Shown here in pieces: positions 1 through 7,598 of a stretch of 64,000 nucleotides of DNA. The notes beneath the pieces are model-generated. The model ran no database searches. It saw nothing but the letters and a program-made list of their open reading frames with translations, and was not told the DNA's origin. The stretch's first letter is position 1. Each line of letters opens with the position of its first letter. Source of the stretch: a virus (lineage: Duplodnaviria > Caudoviricetes). The DNA lies in IMG/VR virus record IMGVR_UViG_3300031998_000056, positions 1 through 64,000 of that record, one strand, 5' to 3'. The position numbers and the translations under genes are program-made.

Positions 1-148
1 CAAGATGCACAACATCCTTTACAATGCCTACAATCTTGTTTTTGCCGTTGTTTTCATCAATCTCAATCTTGTTACCGACCATAACATTGTTCATGTTGTT
101 TTTGGTGGTAATAGTTTTACCGCTTGTTATTCCTCTAAATTCTGTCAT
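1..148 (-). CDS. hypothetical protein, truncated by window edge
   Basis: ATG at 148, open to position 1 (MTEFRGITSGKT...), in line with the minus-strand operon. Confidence 0.55.
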   Translation of the reverse strand, partial: MTEFRGITSGKTITTKNNMNNVMVGNKIEIDENNGKNKIVGIVKDVVHL

Positions 149-151
149 AGT

Positions 152-421
152 CTAATATTTTACGAGTTTATACTTTCCAAAGTTATCTTCAAAGAACTTA
201 AAAGCCTTGTCAATAACTTCTTCTACTGTATTACCACTACAACGAAATGGATAGACGGCTTCTTCATAGTCTGTGAAAAGTTCTCCATCGTATATATATT
301 CCAAGAACCAAGTCCCATCGCTTACACTTATCCTTAAAGCGTAATTTCCAGTCAGTCTCCCACTTGCTTTAATAACCTCGCAAGGGAGTTGCTTTAATTT
401 TTCAAAGTAGTCCATAATCAC
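152..421 (-). CDS. hypothetical phage protein
   Basis: 89-aa ORF tightly packed in operon. Confidence 0.75.
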   Translation of the reverse strand: MIMDYFEKLKQLPCEVIKASGRLTGNYALRISVSDGTWFLEYIYDGELFTDYEEAVYPFRCSGNTVEEVIDKAFKFFEDNFGKYKLVKY

Positions 422-786
422 AAAAGTTTTTGTTCGTGCAAAAGTTCAATCATAGCCACACAAGCATCAACAAGGTCGTAATAACAGTCAGTTTCAATGT
501 CATCTACTGCCCCCCACCTGTCATGATAGTTAATATAATACAGTCCTTCTTCTTTATATATTGTTAAAGAATATTCATTGCCTTCATCATCTACCATTAT
601 GTCATCTAATATGTCCAACAAAGCAGAAAGACTCCAAGCAGGAATATCACCTTCCTCATCTTGTGCCTTATATCCACCTATTCTGAGGTCGCTGCCACAC
701 CAGTAGTACATATCAGATGTTTTTCTATCCAGTCCTAACTCTATGAGTTTCTTGGATTGTTCTATTGAGGTGCAAATCTTAGGCAT
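418..786 (-). CDS. hypothetical protein (Bacteroidales phage family, TSIEQSKKLIELG...PAWSLSALL)
   Basis: 122-aa ORF overlapping the next gene; motifs recurrent in Prevotella phages (recalled). Confidence 0.8.
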   Translation of the reverse strand: MPKICTSIEQSKKLIELGLDRKTSDMYYWCGSDLRIGGYKAQDEEGDIPAWSLSALLDILDDIMVDDEGNEYSLTIYKEEGLYYINYHDRWGAVDDIETDCYYDLVDACVAMIELLHEQKLL

Positions 787-790
787 AATT

Positions 791-1012
791 CTAAGGTTTA
801 ATAGTTATCTGTATATCAGCCTTTTGTTCTGGTAAAAATCCAAAACTTATAACATGATACTCTTTATAGTACTTGGCTATATCATCATCAGTTGTATAAT
901 CGCTAAACCAAAAGGAATAATATTGATAATCATCCTTATCGGGTTCATCAATTTCAAGTTCTATTCTTGCTTCCTCATCGTGGATGAGTTTTAAAAATTC
1001 TTGTAGTGTCAT
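791..1012 (-). CDS. small acidic hypothetical protein
   Basis: 73-aa ORF in operon. Confidence 0.7.
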   Translation of the reverse strand: MTLQEFLKLIHDEEARIELEIDEPDKDDYQYYSFWFSDYTTDDDIAKYYKEYHVISFGFLPEQKADIQITIKP

Positions 1013-1016
1013 ATCT

Positions 1017-1331
1017 TTACTCTCCTTTCATGTAGGTTTTTAAATCTTCAATAGTTTTATCATTGACAATACCTGCAATATAACCCGTGCCGTCATATGT
1101 GTCTTGACGATAAGATTTTAAGAACTGACAAGCCTTCTCAATAAAGGCATCATTAGAGTCCACCTCTTTCACTTCAAGGGTGTTGATTTTATGCAAGGCA
1201 TCTTTATAGCCAATCAATCTCCCTTCTTTTAATCCTTCTTCATAAGAGTTATGAGTTGGACATTTCTTGTATATATTCTCCCAATTCTCTATCTCCGCTA
1301 CTAAAGCGGATTTATCTATTAACTGTGTCAT
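1017..1331 (-). CDS. hypothetical protein, mosaic module family
   Basis: Shares DKxALxAEIE, TLEVKE and AFIEKA modules with neighbours. Confidence 0.8.
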   Translation of the reverse strand: MTQLIDKSALVAEIENWENIYKKCPTHNSYEEGLKEGRLIGYKDALHKINTLEVKEVDSNDAFIEKACQFLKSYRQDTYDGTGYIAGIVNDKTIEDLKTYMKGE

Positions 1332-1333
1332 AA

Positions 1334-1504
1334 CTATATTTGATTATCATTATATTCACTTATGCCACCATATTCATTAGAGTTATATACCCTTATTTCG
1401 CCAGAGTTACCATCCTTAACTACAATAGACGCTGAGAGCAACTTGCTATTTTCATCCATTTCCTTGTAGCAGATGTCTGCTAAAGTATTAAGTGTCATTT
1501 CCAT
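1334..1504 (-). CDS. small hypothetical protein (56 aa)
   Basis: Hand-translated MEMTLNTLADICYKEMDENSK...; fills the gap in the operon. Confidence 0.55.
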   Translation of the reverse strand: MEMTLNTLADICYKEMDENSKLLSASIVVKDGNSGEIRVYNSNEYGGISEYNDNQI

Positions 1505-1557
1505 ACCTTTATCCTTTCATATAGTTTTTGAAGTCCTCAATAAACATACATCACACT

Positions 1558-1779
1558 TCATTCCTCCATTGCTTTTTTGAAACTTGCTATAAGTTCAGGA
1601 TTGATTGCTGCCATTGAACCATTGTATAAGTATTCCTTTTCAAGCCATTGTGTAGCCTTCTCTATAAAGGCATCTGTGCGGGTGTACTCAACATCGGTAC
1701 TATCATTGTTCTCTGCCAATACATTACCTATTTCTTTGAGGTCAATCAATGGCATATAAATCTTCTCTGGTGCTTTCAT
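1558..1779 (-). CDS. hypothetical protein, mosaic module family
   Basis: MKAPEKIY...DAFIEKATQWL...FKKAMEE. Confidence 0.8.
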   Translation of the reverse strand: MKAPEKIYMPLIDLKEIGNVLAENNDSTDVEYTRTDAFIEKATQWLEKEYLYNGSMAAINPELIASFKKAMEE

Positions 1780-1802
1780 AATTTTATTCTCCTTTCTGTA
1801 CT

Positions 1803-2078
1803 TTAAAAATCACATATACCACAAACATAATGGTCTATCTCACTAATACTCTTACCTTCGCTTATCATAACATGGACTTTCCAAGCCATATCACGCATTG
1901 CCTCGTCTTTAGTCTCGTCTATAATATCCTCCAAGTCCACCTCTTTCATTTCAATACTATTTTCTAAGTGCCTTTTAGCAGCTGCTATAGCAACCCAATC
2001 ACATTCTGTCATATTTGGAAAGTTTATAGCCCTGTCTTCTATACTTTGAAGTACTTGTATTGTTTCTTGTTTTGTCAT
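1803..2078 (-). CDS. hypothetical protein
   Basis: 91-aa ORF with KEVDLE module. Confidence 0.75.
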   Translation of the reverse strand: MTKQETIQVLQSIEDRAINFPNMTECDWVAIAAAKRHLENSIEMKEVDLEDIIDETKDEAMRDMAWKVHVMISEGKSISEIDHYVCGICDF

Positions 2079-2380
2079 ACCTTACTTTCCTTTCCTTCTT
2101 TAAACCGTTTTAATACTTCTTGATAATAACCAATAGTCTCTGACTTGATATCAACCTTGCAGAGTTCTATTTCAGTGTCAACTTCCGCAAAGATGATGTA
2201 TATTTCTCTTATGTCTTCCCAAGTAAGACCCTCTTTCACTTCAAGGGTGTCAAGGAAATTCATCAGTTCCTTACAAATAGACAATCTACCACAAACAAAA
2301 TCTGATGGATGTATCTTTGCTTCATCTTTTAATTTCTCTATCTCCGCTATTAAAGCATCTTTGTTAATGTACTGTGCCAT
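2075..2380 (-). CDS. hypothetical protein, mosaic module family
   Basis: YINKDALIAEIE and TLEVKE modules. Confidence 0.8.
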   Translation of the reverse strand: MAQYINKDALIAEIEKLKDEAKIHPSDFVCGRLSICKELMNFLDTLEVKEGLTWEDIREIYIIFAEVDTEIELCKVDIKSETIGYYQEVLKRFKEGKESKV

Positions 2381-2383
2381 AAT

Positions 2384-2896
2384 TTATTCCTCCATTGCTT
2401 TACGAAAATTCTTAATAAATTGTTCGGTATCATTGGCATTTATCTGTCCATAGTAGTTGGCAAATAACTGTCCCCAATAGTTGATGAGATTTTCTTCAAG
2501 CCATTCACAAGCCTTGTCTACCATTATCTTCTTTCCTTCATCCCCGCCTCTAAGGTACGTTACGGTGAGCATATCAGAGGTGTCTTTCTCGTCTTGCTGT
2601 TCTTGCCAGTTGGCACCAAGTTCAAAACCATCTTCAAAACAATTTCGGTATAGCCTTCCATTGGAATCTCTATACTCATAGTTGAACCACGCTTGTTCCT
2701 TGGCTTCCTCCAAGTCCTTGTTTACAGGCTCTTCTGGCAGTGAGTCGATGAAGGCTAACAACATTTGTAACCTTGTATATACCATAGGAGAACTGGAAAT
2801 TTCTTCATCACCGTCTTTGCAGGCAGTTTGGAAGAACTTCATTTCTTCCTCCATCATCCTTTCAATCTCGGCTTTTATTTTTTCTTTGTCGGTCAT
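2384..2896 (-). CDS. hypothetical protein, mosaic module family
   Basis: KIKAEIER, KDLEE, KACEWL and FRKAMEE modules. Confidence 0.8.
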   Translation of the reverse strand: MTDKEKIKAEIERMMEEEMKFFQTACKDGDEEISSSPMVYTRLQMLLAFIDSLPEEPVNKDLEEAKEQAWFNYEYRDSNGRLYRNCFEDGFELGANWQEQQDEKDTSDMLTVTYLRGGDEGKKIMVDKACEWLEENLINYWGQLFANYYGQINANDTEQFIKNFRKAMEE

Positions 2897-2899
2897 ACT

Positions 2900-3283
2900 C
2901 TAAAAAGGCAAATCGTCCGATGCTTGTGGGATTGGTGGCTCTGCGAACAGCGTGGGCTGTGGAGGGATGAGAGAGGGTGCTGGCTGCGGTTGTAATGCAG
3001 GGGCTGGCGCTTTGATGGGCATGACGTTAAAGGCGGTGATGGAGTTGTACCAACGGCCATTGTACTCATGTGCGTCAATGTCGAACTGAACTACGCAGTC
3101 GTAGCCTTCGTGGAGTGCGTAACGCTTGATGTTCTCCTCGCCAAAGACGGTGAAGAGCATCTTCTTCTGAAACTTTCCCTGTGTCTCAAGCACGTAGTCT
3201 TGCGACATCCATTTCTTTCCTGTGGTTTTTGAATCCCCTGTGCGAGGCTCCATTAAATGAATAATTCGTCCTGTAATTTCCAT
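2900..3283 (-). CDS. DUF3127-family single-stranded DNA-binding protein
   Basis: MEITGRII...W..QDYVLET...FDIDAHEYNGRWYNSI with acidic DDLPF tail typical of SSBs. Confidence 0.85.
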   Translation of the reverse strand: MEITGRIIHLMEPRTGDSKTTGKKWMSQDYVLETQGKFQKKMLFTVFGEENIKRYALHEGYDCVVQFDIDAHEYNGRWYNSITAFNVMPIKAPAPALQPQPAPSLIPPQPTLFAEPPIPQASDDLPF

Positions 3284-3285
3284 AA

Positions 3286-3528
3286 TTATAATTCTTGAAA
3301 TTTTAGTTCTAATTCTTTTGCTTTGTCGTTGTAGTATTTCTCCAAGATGTCGAGCAGTTCTTGGAAAACTTCTTCGGGTATTCGCCCAAAAAGATGGGTA
3401 TCATCAATGCTAATATTGTACACTTCTTTATGCTCTTTTCTTAATCTATTGACAAATCCGATTGCATAATTGAGTCCATCAAGTTCATTGATTATTTTGT
3501 CTGCTTCATGAAATTTATCAAGTTCCAT
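3286..3528 (-). CDS. hypothetical protein
   Basis: Likely start MELDKF at 3528, overlapping the upstream gene end. Confidence 0.65.
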   Translation of the reverse strand: MELDKFHEADKIINELDGLNYAIGFVNRLRKEHKEVYNISIDDTHLFGRIPEEVFQELLDILEKYYNDKAKELELKFQEL

Positions 3529-3958
3529 AACATTTTGTCTTTTCGATTTCTCTTTCACATAAACGTATTCCGATGTCATCGGATGGGAGGGGCACTTCAA
3601 TTCCGTTGCATGAGGCGTAGGCAATGAAGTTGTTGATAGCGTTTGACATCTCTACGGTGTCGAGGTCGGCTGTGGAGCGAAGATATTGGGCTGGGTTGCC
3701 GTTCTTATCCTCTGTTTCGATGAGGAAGATGTCGCGGCAAGCGTATTGCTTAAAATACAATTCTTTAGCTTCAGCCAACGTGCATCCATAACAATGCGCA
3801 AAGTAACTCAAAGCCAAGTGTAAATACCTGTTCTGCGGATTTGACCTCTTGTAATAGTATTTCTTTAGTTCTATTTCGAAGCCTTTCTCCCTTGCTTTGT
3901 TGATGAAGTCGAGGGCTTCAAGGTAGTCTGTGGGGTCGGATGGTTTGTAACGTGCCAT
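3518..3958 (-). CDS. NinB/Orf-like recombination protein
   Basis: KRSNPQNRYLH and RSTADLDTVEMSNAI motifs of the NinB family. Confidence 0.7.
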   Translation of the reverse strand: MARYKPSDPTDYLEALDFINKAREKGFEIELKKYYYKRSNPQNRYLHLALSYFAHCYGCTLAEAKELYFKQYACRDIFLIETEDKNGNPAQYLRSTADLDTVEMSNAINNFIAYASCNGIEVPLPSDDIGIRLCEREIEKTKCYGT

Positions 3959-4078
3959 AGTTATTCTCCTTTATGTCTTTTACTTTCTTCAAACATGGCC
4001 TCCCATATCTCGTCCTGTGTGACTTGGTTTTCCCTTGCGAGATGGGCCACACAACGGGCGATGGAGGATTGAATGAGT

Positions 4079-4306
4079 TTATCCATTGTCGTTTTTCTTT
4101 TCTTCTATTGTGAATACCAGTTCGAAGTCGTCACTATGCAGCTTCAACTTCTCAAATCGCATGAAGATTGTTTGGTATACAAGGCTGGCGATAATGGTTT
4201 CATCCATCATTCTGGGGCCTTGTACGCCGAAATCCCAATTCACATGGCCGTTACTCGCGAGTGTCTTCCCATCCTTGTGAGAAAATTTTAATGTTACTTT
4301 TTCCAT
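4079..4306 (-). CDS. hypothetical protein
   Basis: 75-aa ORF in operon. Confidence 0.65.
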   Translation of the reverse strand: MEKVTLKFSHKDGKTLASNGHVNWDFGVQGPRMMDETIIASLVYQTIFMRFEKLKLHSDDFELVFTIEEKKNDNG

Positions 4307-4309
4307 AAT

Positions 4310-4549
4310 TTATTCCTCCTTATAATCCGCATCAAATAATTCAAATATTTTTTCTTTCAACCGAAAAAGAATGTAGTCGGCATCGCCAAGGGCTTTGTAT
4401 CTATATTCAAGAGCATTAAACTCCATCTCATAGTTGTGCTGCCGCATATAGGCTTGCTCTTGGGCAACTTTAATACGCATTTCATTAAGCTCTCTTTCAG
4501 CATTTTCACATAATTCGTGAACCTTGCTACCAATCTCTTGCTTTGTCAT
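4310..4549 (-). CDS. hypothetical protein
   Basis: 79-aa ORF overlapping the upstream gene. Confidence 0.7.
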   Translation of the reverse strand: MTKQEIGSKVHELCENAERELNEMRIKVAQEQAYMRQHNYEMEFNALEYRYKALGDADYILFRLKEKIFELFDADYKEE

Positions 4550-4776
4550 AGTTCTTCCTCGTAATTTCTACACGCTATATCAGTTACTTTAATCGTTTTA
4601 AGTCCGCTGTTGCTCCGCTTCGATGGTTGTAGCTCACAGCATTGTACGACTTTCGTGGAATACTCGTTGAGAGCGTACCTCTTGCGGTGCGTGCAGGTGC
4701 GACAGCGTTTGAGTTTCTTCTCGTCATAGTCCGCAGCGGCTTTGAATAGTTCGTCAAGTGTAAGTAGGTGGCTCAT
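4546..4776 (-). CDS. small Cys-rich (putative Zn-binding) protein, intact paralog
   Basis: CxxCxH...CC...C pattern; DNA-level paralog at 7314-7592. Confidence 0.8.
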   Translation of the reverse strand: MSHLLTLDELFKAAADYDEKKLKRCRTCTHRKRYALNEYSTKVVQCCELQPSKRSNSGLKTIKVTDIACRNYEEEL

Positions 4777-4789
4777 ATCGTTTACGTTT

Positions 4790-5098
4790 CTATTTGGTTC
4801 GTTTTTTCTTCTGAACGGGCTGTTTATCCCATTTTAGCGTGTAGTGTCGGATAGCTCTAATGGTTGCCATTTCGTTTATTAGCATTTCGTATAGCTCCCT
4901 GTTCGTGGTCTGCAATTCTTTATCAATACTTTCTTGAAGCTCTTTTTCCTCGCGCTTTAATAAGTATAGAATGTAGAAGTACATCCATGCTGCGCCAGAA
5001 GAGAAAGCGTAACGGGTTTCAAATTCTCTGCTAAAATCAAAACCTTTAACGAATTTAAGGAAGCGGTTTTCAGCCCTCAATAATGCTGCCTGTTTCAT
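4790..5098 (-). CDS. hypothetical protein
   Basis: Likely start MKQAALL. Confidence 0.65.
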   Translation of the reverse strand: MKQAALLRAENRFLKFVKGFDFSREFETRYAFSSGAAWMYFYILYLLKREEKELQESIDKELQTTNRELYEMLINEMATIRAIRHYTLKWDKQPVQKKKRTK

Positions 5099-5318
5099 TG
5101 TTGTTAGTATTACGTTCAACAAACTTCTTTCTTAACTCGTCTATCCTTGTCACTATATCTCCGTTAATCATGGATGCAGGCAATACTGGATAGCCGTTAT
5201 AGGTGAGCCAGAGTTCTTTGTTAAGCTCTTTGATTTGGTATGTGTCGCACGATTGCAGTTGTAGGCGTTGCCGTCTGCGCTCGTTCATGCGGTTGTTGTA
5301 GTGTTCGATGATGTTCAT
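5070..5318 (-). CDS. hypothetical protein
   Basis: Likely start MNIIEHY, overlapping the MBL gene stop. Confidence 0.65.
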   Translation of the reverse strand: MNIIEHYNNRMNERRRQRLQLQSCDTYQIKELNKELWLTYNGYPVLPASMINGDIVTRIDELRKKFVERNTNNNETGSIIEG

Positions 5319-6049
5319 ATTGTTTCTTTGTTTAGGTTTACAATAGTTCCTTTCGTTGCCCAAAAAGTAGGAACTGCAAAAGCAGATGCTACGGTGCGGC
5401 AGAAGAGGTCGGGGTCGGAGTTTCGTTCTGACAGATGGCAGAGCGTGATGGTCTTGGCGTTCTCTGCCTTGCAGTCCTGTAGGTATTTAATGCAATACTC
5501 AAGGCTCATGTGTGAGAGCATGATTCTGTCTGCCTGTGCCTTATCTACCTTGCCGTTCCAAACATTCTGCTTTAAGAGTTCGTCAGAGTAGTTCGCCTCG
5601 ATTAAGAAGTGGTCGATGCCTCGGATGGTCTTGCCAATCTTGTAGCTATCGGTACTAAAGAGGAGAGTGCCCATATCCTTATGCCGGATGAGGTAGCCAT
5701 ATATCTCAACATCGTGGTTGTTGTGGAAGGGAACTACGGAGAACGAGCCTATACGTGCAGTCTTTTCGGGTTGTAAAACCTTATAACCTTCGTAGGCGAA
5801 TTGCTTGTTGTCTGCAAGGTCTTGGCATCCGTAGACCTTCACACCGAAACGGGAATATTCTGTGGCGTACTTGGCGTGATCGGCGTGCCTATGGCTCGTC
5901 AAGCATCCTACGACCTTGTTCAGACGGAAGTCGATGGCCCGTTTCACATCAGGCATCTTGATACCAGCCTCAAGAAGTAATATCTCGGAGCCAGTATCAA
6001 GTGCATAAGCGTTCCCAGCGGAGTTGCTGTTGATTACTATGAGTTTCAT
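5315..6049 (-). CDS. MBL-fold metallo-hydrolase (YycJ-like, probable exonuclease partner of RecT)
   Basis: SNSAGN, TSHRHADH (HxHxDH-like), HDV, TDS, EANY and HLSE motifs; adjacent to recT. Confidence 0.88.
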   Translation of the reverse strand: MKLIVINSNSAGNAYALDTGSEILLLEAGIKMPDVKRAIDFRLNKVVGCLTSHRHADHAKYATEYSRFGVKVYGCQDLADNKQFAYEGYKVLQPEKTARIGSFSVVPFHNNHDVEIYGYLIRHKDMGTLLFSTDSYKIGKTIRGIDHFLIEANYSDELLKQNVWNGKVDKAQADRIMLSHMSLEYCIKYLQDCKAENAKTITLCHLSERNSDPDLFCRTVASAFAVPTFWATKGTIVNLNKETI

Positions 6050-6942
6050 TAGAAGTTGGGTTTATCTTCTTCCTGTGTCTCTTCGGGAGTTTCTTCTGCT
6101 ACCTCCTCTGCTTCGGCAAAGGCTTGGTCTGAGGTGATGACGGTGCGAGGCTCCATGTTCTCCTGGTCGCGTTGTTCTTCTGCGGACTGATAATCTTCGT
6201 CCTGAGCAATAGCCTGTTGAATTTCAATAGACATCGGGCCTCTCTTTAAGAGTTGGCGAAGAACGGTTTTCTTGGCCATATTATTAAAATCGCCAAACCA
6301 ACCTATTGCGCCAGCTTTAGGGCCGTTCTCGGCTTGCTCCTGTGCCATCTTATACAAATCTTCCTCAGTAAGCTTGCTGAATTTCAGAGTGGGTGCATAC
6401 ATCTTTGCATAATGACACATCTGTTTAACGTCCATATAGATAATCTGCTTGCGACCAGATGTCAACTTGAAGTAGGCAAAATAACCCACGACCTCGTTAG
6501 ATTCCTTCTGCCCGCTTAGGTCGATAAGACCAGAGAGTTTGTCTTTACTAAGAAGTTCCCCCTTATACACAACGTCAGCGTTGATAATCTCATATTGTCC
6601 GCTTCTGTCTGCAAGGTCTAATAATCCAAGGTAGCCGATAAGGAACTGCGGCTTGGGTACTCCGTGTTCCTTGAAAACTACTACATACGCTCTTGACAAA
6701 GCTTTAGAAAGCGGCAAGTGAAGTGCTGCTGCACGCATAGCTTCGGCTGCAACCAACTTTGGGTCACACTGTTGTAGGTCTGCATTCGATGTATAGAGTT
6801 CCATCATAGAGGTTGCAAACGTTCCAGCATTTTTGCCGAAGAGCTTCTGTAACTGATTCTGATAATACGCTCCGTTCACGATGTTGTTGAAAGCGGAGAT
6901 TTGCTGTTTCTTGTTAACAGCTTGGATTTGATTTTCTGACAT
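6049..6942 (-). CDS. recT: RecT-family single-strand annealing recombinase
   Basis: AALHLPLSKALSRAYVV...QFLIGYLGLLDLADRSGQY...MAKKTVLRQLL. Confidence 0.88.
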   Translation of the reverse strand: MSENQIQAVNKKQQISAFNNIVNGAYYQNQLQKLFGKNAGTFATSMMELYTSNADLQQCDPKLVAAEAMRAAALHLPLSKALSRAYVVVFKEHGVPKPQFLIGYLGLLDLADRSGQYEIINADVVYKGELLSKDKLSGLIDLSGQKESNEVVGYFAYFKLTSGRKQIIYMDVKQMCHYAKMYAPTLKFSKLTEEDLYKMAQEQAENGPKAGAIGWFGDFNNMAKKTVLRQLLKRGPMSIEIQQAIAQDEDYQSAEEQRDQENMEPRTVITSDQAFAEAEEVAEETPEETQEEDKPNF

Positions 6943-6954
6943 AATTATGAATGT

Positions 6955-7317
6955 TTATAAGATAATTTCTTTCTTAATTCCACAGAGGTTTAGCGCGTTC
7001 TGTAACTGATGGACGTAATTAAACTTGAATATCATGTACTCTGCAAGATTTATTGACCACCATATTCCATTTGGCGCGACAAAGATTTCTATAACAAGAT
7101 TTTCATCTTCATCAAAATATGTAGGAGTATGTTTGGGGTCAATGCCGTTCTTTTCCAAGATTTCTGCGGTGAGTGGGATTGGCTGAAGTTTGTCCGCTTT
7201 GTTCCAATATTGCTTGTCGATTTTTACACTCTTGCCTTGTACGGCATACACTTGGTGGCATAGGTCTGAGTTTTCGAATCTAACCCAGTCGCCTAACATA
7301 AGTTCTTCTGCTTTCAT
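6955..7317 (-). CDS. hypothetical protein (YopX-like Bacteroidales phage family)
   Basis: ELMLGDWV...PIPLTAEILEKNG...YVHQLQN. Confidence 0.7.
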   Translation of the reverse strand: MKAEELMLGDWVRFENSDLCHQVYAVQGKSVKIDKQYWNKADKLQPIPLTAEILEKNGIDPKHTPTYFDEDENLVIEIFVAPNGIWWSINLAEYMIFKFNYVHQLQNALNLCGIKKEIIL

Positions 7318-7592
7318 GATTCTTTCTCCTCGTAATTTATACAGGCAACATCAGTTACCTTGATTGTCTTATACCCGCTGTTGCTACGCTTCGATGGCTG
7401 CAGCTCACAGCATTAAAGCTTTGTCTTGCTGGTAACGCTGACGTGCTTCTAATGTACAACTTTCGGCGAATACTCGTTGAGTGCGTACCTCTTGCGGTGT
7501 ATACACTTACGGCAGCGTAAGAGATTCTTCTCGTCGTAGTCTGAAGCGGCTTTGAACAGCTCGTCAAGTGTCATGGTTTCAAATTTGCTCAT
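7314..7592 (-). pseudogene. paralog of 4546-4776 disrupted by a 39-bp insertion
   Basis: Removing 7414-7452 restores a 79-aa ORF (MSKFETMTLDELFKAASDYDEK...VVQCCELQPSKRSN...NYEEKES) whose stop overlaps the next ATG (ATGA). The insert adds in-frame TAG and TAA. Confidence 0.85.
7414..7452 (-). repeat. 39-bp insert, copy of 32345-32383
   Basis: Reverse complement TTAGAAGCACGTCAGCGTTACCAGCAAGACAAAGCTTTA matches 32345-32383 at 38/39. Confidence 0.95.
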
Positions 7593-7598
7593 TTTATT

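Noticed and set aside
5315-6049. MBL hydrolase as a phage RNase Z that processes the tRNA-like elements
   Set aside because: Its recT/SbcC context is the usual recombination-exonuclease setting; nothing in the sequence supports RNase Z specificity
7414-7452. Programmed ribosomal bypass (T4 gene 60-like) of the insert
   Set aside because: The take-off codon CAT has no matching in-frame landing codon, and the codon before the resume point is TAA
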